A stretch of DNA of 64,000 nt. Source: Zancudomyces culisetae HAW-14-8 (taxonomy: Eukaryota; Fungi; Kickxellomycota). The position numbers and the translations under genes were made by a program. The stretch spans positions 1,302,001 to 1,366,000 of the forward strand of contig JBNJNM010000021.1 of NCBI GenBank assembly GCA_052426225.1. Reading direction: 5' to 3'. Below the pieces are notes generated by a model. It made no database searches and was not told the origin of the DNA. It saw only the letters and a list, made by a program, of their open reading frames with translations. This document shows, piece after piece, positions 1-12,660 of this stretch. The stretch's first letter is position 1, and each line of letters starts with the position of its first letter.

Positions 1-809
1 TTCTTACACTAAGAAAATAGCATTACGCCACTCTATATATGTTTATTTTTACTTTTAGTGTGGTTTTGGTCGAGTTTACAAATTTTTCAATTTATACTAA
101 TAATTTACTACTAAAATTGATTAATAATAAATCCCTATTAAATTATGAAATCGATTCGACTAAAAAATAAATCGATTTGAACTATTAAATTCGCTGTAAA
201 ATTGACAAAAATTTATGATATGTGTTATAGCTTGATTTATTTTATTAATAATAACTTGATTTAAGAAAAATATTAACTTTATTAAACTAAAGAGAATATT
301 TTTCACTGACGATTTCCACAACGAAATTCGTTGGGTTTATTACTTTTTCGTCAGCGAAAATTTCATGAATTAAAACCAAGGTCGCAAGACCTTGTTTATC
401 GAAGAAAAAATATTTTCTTACTTCGATAAACATTCAAGGAGTTTGACACTTGATTAGTTTCATGATTTTCAATGTTGGGGTTTAGTTCAACATTGTGTTG
501 TTTTGGTTTATGTAAAATATAAACAGTTACTAAAAATCGAATTGGTAATAAATTAATTTATTGATTACCTTATCAATTTATGTAACTTTACTAAAATGGA
601 AATTCAACTTACTAATTTAATTAAACTAAAATATAAAAAAAAGTAACTAATGCAAAATTTATAGAACTACGTTCTATTCATAACAACATGGTCATAATTT
701 TTGTACTCTAAATTGAATTGCGCAGGGAACAATTTTTTCAAAATTGATTTCTCTGCTATTTTGCTGCAATGAAAGCGGTAAATTTAAGTTGATGCTTTTG
801 TATACAACA
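1..809 (-). mobile_element. Solo LTR family A, truncated by the window edge and interrupted by the nested solo LTR at 223-685
   Basis: 1-222 and 686-809 are the reverse complement of about 13449-13790; ends ...TACAACA at 809. Confidence 0.8.
223..685. mobile_element. Nested solo LTR (463 bp) with 5-bp TSD
   Basis: TGTTAT...ATAACA termini; flanks ATATG (218-222) and ACATG (686-690); the paralogous LTR at 13449 lacks the insert and has a single ACATG. Confidence 0.85.
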
Positions 810-813
810 TTGT

Positions 814-1216
814 TGTCGTATTAGTTTTTATAGCTATGTATGGGCACTTTTTCATACTGGGTTTTTCCCCATACATTTGTTTAATTCTTAGTATTAATAT
901 TGTTTAATTTTATTAACGCATTTATATGTTTCAAAATAAATCAGCGTATTTTATCATGCGGATAAATTACACAAAAACCACGTGTGTTTAACACGGGGTA
1001 ACGATACTGTTTTGAGTGAACTGTTAACTTGATAAAAAATGTAGGGGTAGAAAAGATAAACAACGCATGAATAAATAAAACATGTTTGAACAACAGAAGA
1101 ATATGTTAATGATTTCAAAACAATGTTAACATACACAAATATTATAGAAACCCCAACTTTATTTTACTTATAAAGAAAGAAGTACTAACTTTAAAAAATA
1201 TCTTATTACTAATATA
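814..1216. mobile_element. Solo LTR family B, interrupted by Tc1 (possible end at 4835-4855)
   Basis: Starts TGTCGTA; collinear similarity to the reverse complement of 14319-14804 (TCGTATTAGTTTTTATAG, CTGGGTTTTTCCCCATACATTTG, GATAAATTACA). Confidence 0.7.
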
Positions 1217-2832
1217 CAGTGACTCAAAAAATTGTTCAAATGTTTTTGATGTTCATTCAAAAATTAGTATATCTCACGATTATTATATCGTATCACTATA
1301 AAAATTACAATTATTATACATTAATATACCATGTATTACCGATCAAAATTTTAGAATACTTGATCCAGCCAATCAACTGTAGTTATACTTTTTGTAATAA
1401 TATATTATTTGAACAATTATTTGGTTTTAAATTAAATTTATCAATTTTGATGATATCTTTTTTATAATGTTAGATATCATTTATTAAAATTTATATGTTA
1501 CTAGAATTAACTAACAATTATCTACACAATACATTTTATTATTAAAATATATTATTTTGATCAATTTAAATACGATGAAAAAACTAAATAATGAAAAATT
1601 TGGAGTGATATAATACTGCTGGATAATGGATACTCATATAGCAATATTGCATCTAAACTATCTATTAGTATAGGGACAGTATATAACATAAAAAATAAGT
1701 ATCGTCCATCAATAAAAAATTTATCACCTGGCAGCCCAAATAAATTGACAAAAACAAATGAGCGATTAATAATTCGGAAAATTACATCTGGACAATTTGA
1801 TACAGCGACAGACGCTACAAAATTTCTCAAGGATAATGGCATCGTAACTGTGGTTCCTCAAAATGTGCGAAATAGCTTGAATAAATATGGTTTAAGTGCA
1901 AAACCTAAGGTCAAAAAACCTATGCAAAAATTAAGCCATATTAAACAACGACTTGCATTTGCTAATAATAATCAGCATTGGACTGTAGAAGACTGGAAAC
2001 GTGTGATATGGTCTGACGAGACTAAAATTAACAGATTTGGGTCAGATGGGCGCATGTGGTGCTGGATTTAACAAGGGAGCGAGTTAAAACCGAACCATGA
2101 TAAAAAAACTATAAATCATGGTGGAGGTTCAATCATGATATGGGGATGCATGACTTCAGAAGGCCCAGGATATGATACTAAAATTGATTGCAGACTTAAT
2201 GCAGAATTGTACTGTGATATTCTTGAAGACGAACTGGTAAAATCAATGGAGTGGTACGACTTAGACAGGGAAAGTACAATTTTTCAGCATGATAACGATC
2301 CAAAACACACCGCGAAAATTACAAAAGCCTGGTTGCAAACTAACTCAATTCAGGTGATTGACTGGCCAGCGCAGTCATCTGACCTAAATCCAATTGAACA
2401 TCTATGGGTCAATTTGAAAAGACGGCTATCAAATCACGAAAATGCATCAAAAGGGATAAACGAACTTTGGGACCGCGTACAAGACGAGTGGAATAAGATA
2501 ACACGTGACGAGTGTATGTCGCTAATCAGTAGCATGCCATCAATAATTAATGAAGTATTGAAAGCCAGGGGTGGATATACTAAATACTAGTATAATTATG
2601 TTTATATATTTATTTATTATTAGAGAAAAAAATTGAATAAATATAATATTTTTACAAAAAGTATAACTACTTTAGATTGGCTGGATCAAGTTTTCTAATA
2701 ATATGATAGGTAATACATGGTATATGAATGTATAATAATTGTAATTTTTATAGTGATAAGATATAATATTCGTGAGATATACTAATTTTTGAATGAACAT
2801 CAAAAACATTTGAACAATTTTTTGAGTCACTG
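1217..2832 (+). mobile_element. Tc1-family (DD34E) DNA transposon, defective; about 200-bp TIRs
   Basis: TA|CAGTGACTCAAAAAATTG...CAATTTTTTGAGTCACTG|TA; transposase motifs WSDET, QHDND, LNPIE with D-34-E spacing. Confidence 0.95.
1745..2590 (+). pseudogene. Tc1 transposase with an in-frame nonsense codon at 2069-2071
   Basis: ORFs 1745-2071 and 2135-2590 are in the same frame; VIWSDETKINRFGSDG, MIWGC, ARGGYTKY. Confidence 0.9.
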
Positions 2833-2834
2833 TA

Positions 2835-3267
2835 TATGCGTCCCAATACCCAGGTCTACTTAATGATTGTTTGATCATTAGTTGTTTTAAAGTTTGGATC
2901 GACCTTTCGATTTGTCCATTTGCTGATGGCCTGTAGGCTGTAACTGGTTTTTGTTCTATACCTAAGAACTCGTTAAATTGTGCGCAAGCTTTGTTGATAA
3001 AGTAGGTGCCCTTGTCTGTGATCAGCATCTTTGTAAAGCAAAAATTAGCAATAATTATTACAGCAATAAACGTACATATGGTTTCTGCGTTAATGATTTT
3101 ACAGGTAATGCCACTGGCCATTTTGTGAAATAGTCCACTGCCATTATTATGTATCTGTTCCTTCTGGTTCAGTAGCTGAATTTATGGGGCCAGCTACGTC
3201 TAGCCCCCAAACATTGAATGGCTCGCTAGGAATTACTGGATCTATGTTTTCTGCCCTTCTTTGTATA
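2835..3267 (-). pseudogene. Ty3/gypsy integrase core fragment sandwiched between two Tc1 elements
   Basis: PFNVWGLDVAGP, AVDYFTK, ITDKG, YRPSANGQIER; frameshifted. Confidence 0.85.
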
Positions 3268-3269
3268 TA

Positions 3270-4832
3270 CAGTGAGTTTCAAACATGTCTCAAAATATTG
3301 ATCTTAATTTTCAAAGTGTAATATCTCGCGCAATAATATCTAGAAAATAGATATTTTATATATTTTATAATGCACAATTGATAAAATGTAATTTTAATTA
3401 TTTTGTAATATTATTGGTTAAAAATTCATTTTGAAATGATAAATATAAAATTTTTTAAAATGAGACAATATTGGGAATTTTTCAAAATAAAAATTTAACT
3501 ATCATAACTTTATGAATTCAAATTTTATATTTTTAAAACTTTTACATAAAATAATATATAAAATATAAATACTAATCAAAAGCATAATTTTTTAAAAAAT
3601 ATTATCTGAACAACGTAAACTGGATATAAAAAACGTGTTACTTGAAGGCAGAAGCATTGACCAAATCAACATAGAAAATGGAGTTAGTAAAGCAACAATA
3701 TACAGTATAAAAGCAGCAATGAATATCAATTTACCGGCTAATAAACGCGGTCGTCCTGCGAAGCTTTCACCCCAAAGCAAGCGAATATGTACTAGGATGA
3801 TATTATCTGGAGAGTATCGATCTGCTACTTCGATACAAAAGAAGTTAGAAATGGATAACATAGTTAGTGCTAGTAAGTCTACAATATATAGGGCTTTTAA
3901 TGATCTAAAAGCCGTTGCAAAAAAGAAGGCATCCAAACCGAAACTGAGCCTTAAAAATATTGCAAAAAGGTTGAGATTCGCAAAATCTCATCGCCACTGG
4001 ACTACTGATGATTGGAGACGAGTAATTTGGTCCGACAAAACTAAAATCAACCGATTTGGATCTGATGGAAATGAATGGACTTGGGTTCGTGATGGTGTGA
4101 GTCTACAGCCGCACAATATTAACCAGACCGTAAAACACGGTGGTGGATCATTAATGATTTGGGGATGCATCACAGCATTTGGAACTGGCTACATGTGCCG
4201 AATAGAAGGAATGTTAAACACGGAAGATTATTTAAACATTTTACAAGACGAGCTTAGCAATACAATAAAGTACTACAAGTTGGATCCCAAGTCAATAATA
4301 TTTCAACATGACAATGATCCTAAACAAACCGCGAAGTTAGTTACATGCTGGCTTGAAAACCAGGAATATAATACATTGGACTGGCCGCCACAATCTCCAG
4401 ACTTAAACCCAATCAAAACTATATGGGCAATCATCAAAGACGCCTAAATAGATACAGTAAATCTCCGTCCGGGATGATCGAATTATGGGAGCGAATAGAA
4501 ACGGAATGAAAATTTATTTTCATTGGAAACAATACTTGGTCTTATGGATAGTATGCCCAAAAGAGTTGAGGCAGTTATCAAGTCTAAAAGAAGGTGGACA
4601 GAATTTTAAAGTTTTTTTTTGAAAATTTCCTAAAATTGTCTCATTTTTAAAATTTTTTCAGTTTATAATTTTATAATGAATTTTTAACCAATAATAATAC
4701 AAATTATATAAAATTAAATTATACCAAAATTGCATTATGTTATATAAAATTATCTAATTTCTGGATTTTATTGAGCGAGATATACACTTTGAAATTATTT
4801 TTAATATTTTGATACTTTTTTGAAACTCACTG
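3270..4832 (+). mobile_element. Second Tc1-family transposon (distinct family), defective; about 225-bp TIRs
   Basis: TA|CAGTGAGTTTCAAA...TTTGAAACTCACTG|TA; ORF 3635-4447 with GRP, WSDKT, QHDND, LNPIK (catalytic E to K); frameshift near the 3' end. Confidence 0.95.
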
Positions 4833-4906
4833 TAGTTACAATTATATTTTTAACATTCTTGATTTGGAAATGGGGAATTATGTAAACGTAATAAATAAAT
4901 TATTTT

Positions 4907-7900
4907 TTGATTCAATTCCTAACACCATTGGACGGAGCTAAGTATTTCACAACACTAGATGGTTTAAGTGGATACTGGCAGATTTTTATGGATAAATTAT
5001 GCCCAAAAATTACTGAGTTTTTCCCAGGAAAGGGGATGGGACTATATCAGTTTACATTATTGCCGTTTGGTTTAACTAATGCTCCGGCATTATTTCAACG
5101 AATCATGGAGACAGTATTGAGACAGTATCATGGAATCATGTGATGATTTAATAGATGATATCATCATCTATAGTAAAACATGTGAGGAACACATGAACCA
5201 TCTAAAGGCAACATTAGAGAAGTTAAAAAATGCTGGGATTAAACTTAATATTGAGAAGTCAAAGTTCGGATTCCAACAAACAGTTATTTGGGGCATACTG
5301 TAACTAAGGACGGTTTAAAGCCTGATGAAGGTAAAGTAAAAGCAGTTTTAGAACTAACAGCACCAAAAGATATCACAGATATTTGAAGCTTCTTAGGAAT
5401 GGTGGGTTATTACAGAAAGTTTATCAAGGACTTTAGTACAATAGCCAAACCAATTAGCAACCTACTGAAAATGGACACGGATTTTAAATGGACAAAAGAG
5501 TGTCAAGAAGCGTTTGAATATTTAAAAGCAGTACTAACCAAAGAACCAATTTTGAGCTACCCTGATTGGGATCAGCAGTTTATAATTATAACAGATGCTA
5601 GCACCAAAGGATTAGGTGCAATACTAACTCAAGGGAAAGAGGGTAAAAAAAGGGTTATTGCATACGCGTCGAGAACATTGCAGAAGGCAGAGGAAAATTA
5701 TGCGATAACCCATCTGGAAGGACTTGCCCTAGTTTGGGGAATTGATCAATTTTATTGCTATGTTTATGGTAAGAAATTTAACATAATAACAGACCATCAA
5801 GCTCTAGTTTCGTGTTTAAAAATCCAATTGGGAAAAGTAGATTGGGTAGATGGGTTGGCAAATTACGGCACTATGACTTTGAGGTTCTTCACATGGAGGA
5901 TAAAAAGAATTCAGCGGACCATCTAAGCAGATGTCCGTGGCAGGAAATCCCAGTTCAAGAGGAAGATGAGGTGCTATATTTAGTGAAGATAGGTATGAAA
6001 AATTAAAAGGCAAAATAACGAGGCAAGAAAATATAGTGAATGATACATATTCACTATAAAACGATATAATATTTAAAAAAAATGGAGATAAATGGAAGGA
6101 GTTTCCCAAACCAAGTGGAATAGAAACGTTAATTAAAAGAATCCACCAAGAGCAGCACCGAGGCCTAGAAGGTACACGTAGTTATCTGAAAGATAACTGC
6201 TACGCACCGAACACTGGAAAATTAATTAAAAAAATTATTTGGAACTGTGAGCGTTGCCAAAGGAGCAACTATATAGAAAGAAAGAGTGAGCCTTTACACT
6301 CAATTAATGCTACACGTCCATTTCAAATTTGGGGCATCGACGTGGCAGGCCCTTTGGAAGTAACTGAGGCTGGAAATAAGTACATGTCATAACCATAAAA
6401 TATAATTAAATTCTAGACCCTTGTGTCTATTTATATTTATTGGTAAGTTTAAATTACGAATTTTAATTAATAAATTCGTAATTATCATTTCATGATTTTC
6501 TAAGAACATACTAGAAATTTTATTATTACTTAATGATTTTAATAATAAATTCCTGTCTAGAACATTTTGATTAGTAATCAAGCGATAGACGCAATAATTT
6601 TTATTCAAGTTTCTAACTTTTTTATAAGTGTAAAAACCCTAGTTTTTTCCTAAAAATTTATATTCCTTATCTGACAACAATTGTCTTATATAAATAAATA
6701 AAATAGTACTAAGCTAAATATTCCTAAACCAGTTTTGACAGTACATCTACGTTGCCGTAGATTACTTTACGAAATGGCCTATAGCCATTCCTACAGCCAA
6801 AGCAGATGGAAATACCACATGTGCAGTTATTGCCGAAGAAATAGTATCTAAATATGGCGTACCAGAAAAATTAATTACGGACAGAGGAACTCACTTTACA
6901 AATGAAAAGTGTAGTTTATTTAACCAATTCTTGGGAATTAATCATAATCATATAGTAGCCTATAGACCTCAAGCGAATGGACAAACAGAGAGAACTATCC
7001 AAACACTTAAACAACTACTTCGGAAATATGTTCTAAGCAAACCAAAAACCTGGGACATATACATTTGGCGTGCACTTTTTTCAATGCGAACAAGCTACCA
7101 CAAGTCATTAGGTAGAAGCCCAGCAAAAATTTTATACGGACAAAGGTTACTCACACCTGCAATTTGGGAACATAGGATGAACATTAATAACGAAATAAAT
7201 AACATAACTCAGTTTGGCGTATTTATTAACAAATTACAAGGATATAGAAAGCGAGCGTTCGAGATCGGAAATAAAATTAAATTACAGGACGAAAATAGGT
7301 ACAACAAAAACATAAGACAAAGAGACTTTGTATTAGGCGAAAAAGTACTTAGAAGCAATAAGGATATTCAAGGCATTTTTGACGAGCGCAATACTGGCCC
7401 ATACAGAATTACAAAAATTTTAAAACACGGAATTTTTGAAATATCAGACAGCGATGGCAATTTGGACACAGTACATGTGGATAGGCTCGTTAAATACATG
7501 CAACCAAGAAAGGAGATTAAGAAAATACGAAAAGCACAATCAAGATCGACTATACGCAGTATATCAAGTCAATGAATCGGGACGATTCAAGCTATAGGAG
7601 GAGGATGTCGTGTTATTCCGATGTCGATCGGGATTCTCGCTTACAAACAAGTATATGTTTTACTACATAAACAAGTAACAAAATATTTTATTAAAAGTTG
7701 ATCAATAAAATATACGATAATAATTAGGTCAATTTGTAAATGAACATAATATACAAAACTTATTATAAACAGAAAAATATAAGTAAAAAGAATATAGTAA
7801 ATCAGATTCGAATATACATACAACAATTATAAGAAAAACGAATGATGAACGCAACCACAAGCAAAAACACTGTGAAGCAAGTTTAAACATAGGTTATTTG

Positions 7901-8109
7901 AATTAGCTTTTATTAGGTTAAATAAAATAGTATATATATAAGCGTAGGAAGTTTCGATAAGGATTTCTCAGCTTTTTTGATAGTTTTAATAAGTAAAAGC
8001 AAAGTAACATAAATAATTATCAATTGAGAATTAAAATCCAGGTTTAGGATAAATAAGAAAATATTTTTATAATGCAACGGCTAGTTAAATAATATTAAAT
8101 TTTAAGACA
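4907..8109 (+). mobile_element. Degenerate Ty3/gypsy element (RT-RNaseH-IN, PPT and probable 3' LTR 7606-8109)
   Basis: LDGLSGYWQI, LPFGLTNAP, TDAS, TDH, YRPQANGQTER, GPY; multiple stops and frameshifts; AGGAGGAGGA then TGTCG at 7606, ...GACA at 8109. Confidence 0.85.
6385..6740. mobile_element. Solo LTR (356 bp) inserted in an integrase gene
   Basis: TGTCA...TGACA termini, perfect GTACA TSD (6380-6384, 6741-6745); excision restores GNKYIYVAVDYFTKW. Confidence 0.92.
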
Positions 8110-8967
8110 TAATAGAAACTATTAAAATTTCACATAAAGAATGTCAGGCTTCATGAGTAAATTTAGACCCAGATGGATCCAGTCAGAAAAAGGTGAGGGC
8201 AGATATTCATCTGATAGTGACCGTTCGGGAGCCACTTCTATGGAAGTGGATCCCAAAGAATCACGTGACCCATTTGCTGATATTATGGATCATGTTTTTT
8301 TACAATTGAAAAACCCGACAAAGGATGAGGCTGCATGCTAAATACCAATAATATACACAATAATGATGGGTTTAACTAATTAACACACAGTTAATTTATA
8401 AATGTTATTATTAATTATACTAATTTAAATACACAGTAATAGATAAAATATTAGTTAATAATATCATTATTATTGTTAAATGAGATTGACAAACATAATT
8501 GTTCATGAAAAGGAAATGAATCACCTTTTATACAATTTAGTTTGTTATAAATATTAATATAAAATTATCTAGTAATAAACTAATTATAATAAATTATTAA
8601 GCATACATCATTAATATACACAATATTAATGAAGATACATGAAATATTGTTCACGTGTATCTATATTAATGTTTAAAACTAATTATTATATAATAATTGA
8701 ATAATATATACATATAATAAAAATAAATTAATGATACACATTTAATATCATTAATATTAATTAATACCATATAGTATTTTAATATACAATATTGTTGATA
8801 CATGTGTATTCATAACAAATAGGCTGTAGAGTGGATGTGATGTTTCACGGGGCCAATGTGCGCGATGACGTCCTTCGGGACTAGTACCGGACCGTTTCAC
8901 CTCTCCGATAACTCCTTCGGGATCTCGAGCAGTTAATTCGAATCACGTGATCGTGTGGCCCAAGACG

Positions 8968-10063
8968 TTAGCGCCCTCCTAAGTTCATTCTTTTTTATTT
9001 TTTCTTTTATAATTTTTTATGCTTTTTAGTTGTTTTTAGGTTGTTTTTATAGTTTTTTTTTTGTTGAGTATTTGGGTATAATGTTGATTAAATGATTTAA
9101 TATAATGTTGCTCTTATGGTTTGTTGGGATATGTCTTAAAGTATTTTTTCAATAGTTGAGGCGCGTTTATGTTTTCAATCGGCTCCCAGCTTCTTTCACT
9201 TATGACAAAGCCTTTCCAATCAACCAAGTAATATTTTTTACCCCTAACAAGCTTAGAATCCAAAATAGCCATAACTTCATGTTCTTAATTTCCATTTATA
9301 ATTAGAGGTGGAGGAGGACTGTTTATTAATCTGCGGTTACTGCTGGGTTCGATATACGGTTCCAATAACGAGACATGAAAAGTGTTATGGATTTTCATTG
9401 ATGGCGGGAGGTCTAAACGGACAGAAACAGGATTGATAATTTTAGAGATGGTGAAAGGTCCTAGAAGTCTATGGTAAGCTTTTTAAAAGGCCTTTGAGTT
9501 TTGATATTTTGGCTGGATAACCAAACCTTGTCACCTAGTTTATACTTTGGATGTACAGATCGGTTTACATCAGCATACTTTTTATATTCCTGAGATTTCT
9601 TGTTAAGTATGGAAGTGAGGGCAGATTGAAGTTCTTTAAGTTGTTTTATCCTATCAGAAGCACTGGGGACGTGAACGTTTTTAGTGATTTGAGGATCAAA
9701 TCTTGGATGGTAACCATATAGAGCAAAGAAAGGAGAAGTATTAGTGCTGGAGTGGAGAGTGTTGTTATAAGCAAATTCGGCAATTGGGAGCAGTTCAAAC
9801 CAATTATCTTGCTGATAGTTGATGAAACAGCGTAGATACTGTTCCAATGTTTGATTCACCCGCTCCGTTTGACCGTCTGTCTCTGGATGGAAGGCAGTAG
9901 ACATTCTAGTATCGACTTTGAGCAGTTTGAATAGTGAACTCCAAAATTTGGACGAGAATTGGGTTCCACGGTCAGAGATTATGACGTCTGGAAGTCCATG
10001 AAGCTTGAATACGTCGGTAAAGTAGGCTGAGGCATTTTCTTCTGAGGATGGTAGATTCTTAAG
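8968..10063 (-). mobile_element. Chromovirus (Ty3/gypsy) 3' fragment: integrase, chromodomain and PPT-like tract
   Basis: LHGLPDVIISDRG, STAFHPETDGQTER, GPF...FHVSLL, YLVDWKG...SWEP; AGGAGGGCGC at 8980-8971. Confidence 0.88.
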
Positions 10064-10740
10064 TGTTAGGAATGGCCAATTCCCGGATCATAATTTACAG
10101 TTACATTTTGGCCTACTAAAAATCTAACCTATTTTATTATTTCATTTCCGGTTTTCTAATATGCCAAACCGACATTGGAATCATGTTAGCAAAATTCACC
10201 ATGAATTTCTGATTATATTATTGGGAAAATTTAAATAGAAAAAACAAGAAATTTTCCAATAATTAAATTTAACAATAATCCTTGAAAAAATTATATATAC
10301 CAAATCCATGAAAAAATTGGATATACAAAATCCATTATAAAATTGATAAATAAAATCAATGCCAAAATCGATAAATAAAAACAATGCCAAAATTGATATA
10401 CAAAATCTGTGTTAAAATTGATAAACCAAATCTATGTTAAAATCAACAAATGATAATCAAAAGTGTAACGATAAGTAGATACCTTAATCAAGTTCAATTT
10501 TACATAGTCAAATATTATAGTCAAACTTTATTGTCTTTAATTTTTTCTTCATAGTAAAATTCTCTGTTGAAAAATTATATAAACCCTTCATAATTCCGTT
10601 AGGATACATCAGTAAATAATATATATTTATTAACACATCTAATATTATATTTTTCTAAATACCGACTTCTACCTAATAAAATATTAATCAAGCATAACTA
10701 AACCACGGTCCAAGTTATAAGCAGCTCATTGTTTATAACA
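10064..10740. mobile_element. Probable solo or recombinant LTR joining two unrelated element fragments
   Basis: TGTTA...TAACA termini exactly where the chromovirus IN and gypsy RNaseH sequences break; no matching TSD. Confidence 0.5.
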
Positions 10741-12660
10741 CATCTGATAGGACTAGCAGTGGTTTGATCAGTCGGGAAATTCAAATATTACTTGTATGAG
10801 AAACATTTCACCTTGAGGACGGACCATAAATCACTAGTACAACTGTTCAACAGTAAGGATATAACAGGGAGAGTGACCAGGTGGGCCATGATTCTCAGGA
10901 ACTACGACTATACAATAGTCCACATTCCAGGGAAGGCAAACCCGGCCGACGCGTTATCAAGACTGGACGAAGGGGATCAAAATAGTAACGAGGAAGTAAT
11001 TGATATTTTCACCTTAGATTATTTATATTACAATGCGATAAGAAAATACTTGAAAGGTTATATCTACCCTTCTGGCGCAGACAATAATTTCAGGAAAAAA
11101 CTAAGGAACAGGGCTAAGAAGTATGTACTAAGAGATGAATTACTGTATCGAAAAGCTAAAGGCGCATTACGTGAAGTATTACACGAGAGAAATATACGAG
11201 AAACGATACCCAGATACATGAAGCATCTCATCACGGCATTGAGAACACATGGAGGATAGTGGCAGAATCTTATGCAGGAGAAGGACTGTATGAAGTCGTC
11301 AAACAAGTGGTCACCGAGTGCGTGTATTGTCAGTACTACAAAGGAAACCGGGTAAAACGCAGCAAGCTTAATCCCATCATCGGACGTAAACCATTTGAGA
11401 TATTTGGCCTTGACGCAGTAGGACCGATAAACCCGATATTGAAGTCAGGAAATAGGTTCATCATAACCGGAATCGACTATCTAACGAAATGGCCGGTAGC
11501 CCAGGCTGTAAGTAATATAAAGTCAGAGACTATTGTTTACTTTATCATAACTAAGATAGTACAGGATTTCGGAGTACCGTCACACATAATCACGGATAGC
11601 GGACCTGGATTCATAGGCGATGTAGCGACCAAGGTATACGAGTTTTTACAGATCAAGTATACACCAACGACGTCCTACCGACCTCAGTCCAATGGACAGG
11701 TCGAGAGACACAACCAGACGTTAAAGAACGTTCTCATTAAGCAATGTATGCACGATAAAGAAAACTGGGATTCCTATTTGTGGAAATCCCTGCTAGCAGT
11801 CAGGACAATGAGAAACCGAACAACGCAGTTTAGCCCAGCCGAGTTGTTGTACGGTGTTAAGTTGGCAACACCAGTCATTTGGACCCCACCACCAGAGGTT
11901 AATGATTGGGATTGGCAATACAAGAGAGAATAGCGAGTATGGATACAGGGATAGATGAGTTAAGAAACATCGGGTTGGAGAACAGTGTACGCGCCAAAGC
12001 AAAGGAGAAGTTAGTCTACGATAAAGCGATTAAGGTAACAACTTTTGCCGTGGGAGACTTAGTTATGAAGGCTAATGAACAATAACTTAGCAAACTTGAA
12101 CGCACATGGGAAGGGCCGTATAAGGTCGAACGGATACTCAGATATGGCACTTATATCATTTCGGACAACGAAGGTAATAGAGACTTAGTGCTTGGTGAAA
12201 TGTTAAAAAAGTTTCATCATAGTCAGTACATGGTTCCCGAGGTTTCTAACACACTTAAGTCGAAGTTGAAGCGATTCCGTGAGAGAGTGAGTCCAATCTG
12301 GGGTCGGGGTTCTATTGATTAAAGATACGACGAAAACTTATAAGCAAATTACTTTTATTTTATTTTTTATTAGGTTTTAGTTTTATTATGTTTTTTAGAT
12401 TAGACTTTTTTTATCCCCTTGTGGTTTTTGTCCAATGTTCATTAATATTATTTAGTATTAAAAATTGTATGGAATTTGGGGAGTACAAGGAAATTCCAAA
12501 CAAGGATAGTTTAGAGATTCTTAATCTGAAAATAAACAATTTTAATGAATCCACTAGCAATAAAAGATTATACTGTTACTGTAAGTACATAATATAAGAT
12601 ACAGTGATAATTAAATAAATTTGTAAATAATATATTACACAAGAAATTAAATTGATCAAT
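10741..12660 (+). mobile_element. Degenerate Ty3/gypsy (RNaseH-IN, PPT, decayed 3' LTR from 12313), a relative of the intact element
   Basis: RTDHK, RWAMILRNYDYTIVH, FGLDAVGPI, YRPQSNGQVER, C-terminus MVPEV...PIWGRGS; LTR end approximate. Confidence 0.85.

Noticed and set aside
300-360. Hammerhead-like CTGACGA...GAAA core
   Set aside because: Stem II lacks the closing G-C pair, stems I and III cannot form, and CTGACGA is sequestered by TCGTCAG.
1219-1467. ORF matching the C-terminus of the 2672-3121 ORF
   Set aside because: Both are translations of the Tc1 TIRs.
8141-8341. 66-aa ORF with an SMEVD gag-like motif
   Set aside because: Too short and truncated to assign; probably TE debris.
8860-8890. 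Resemblance to hammerhead CTGATGA-GTCC-loop-GGAC-GAAA
   Set aside because: The sequence is GCGATGAC...GGACTAG; the invariant CUGA and GAAA are absent on both strands.
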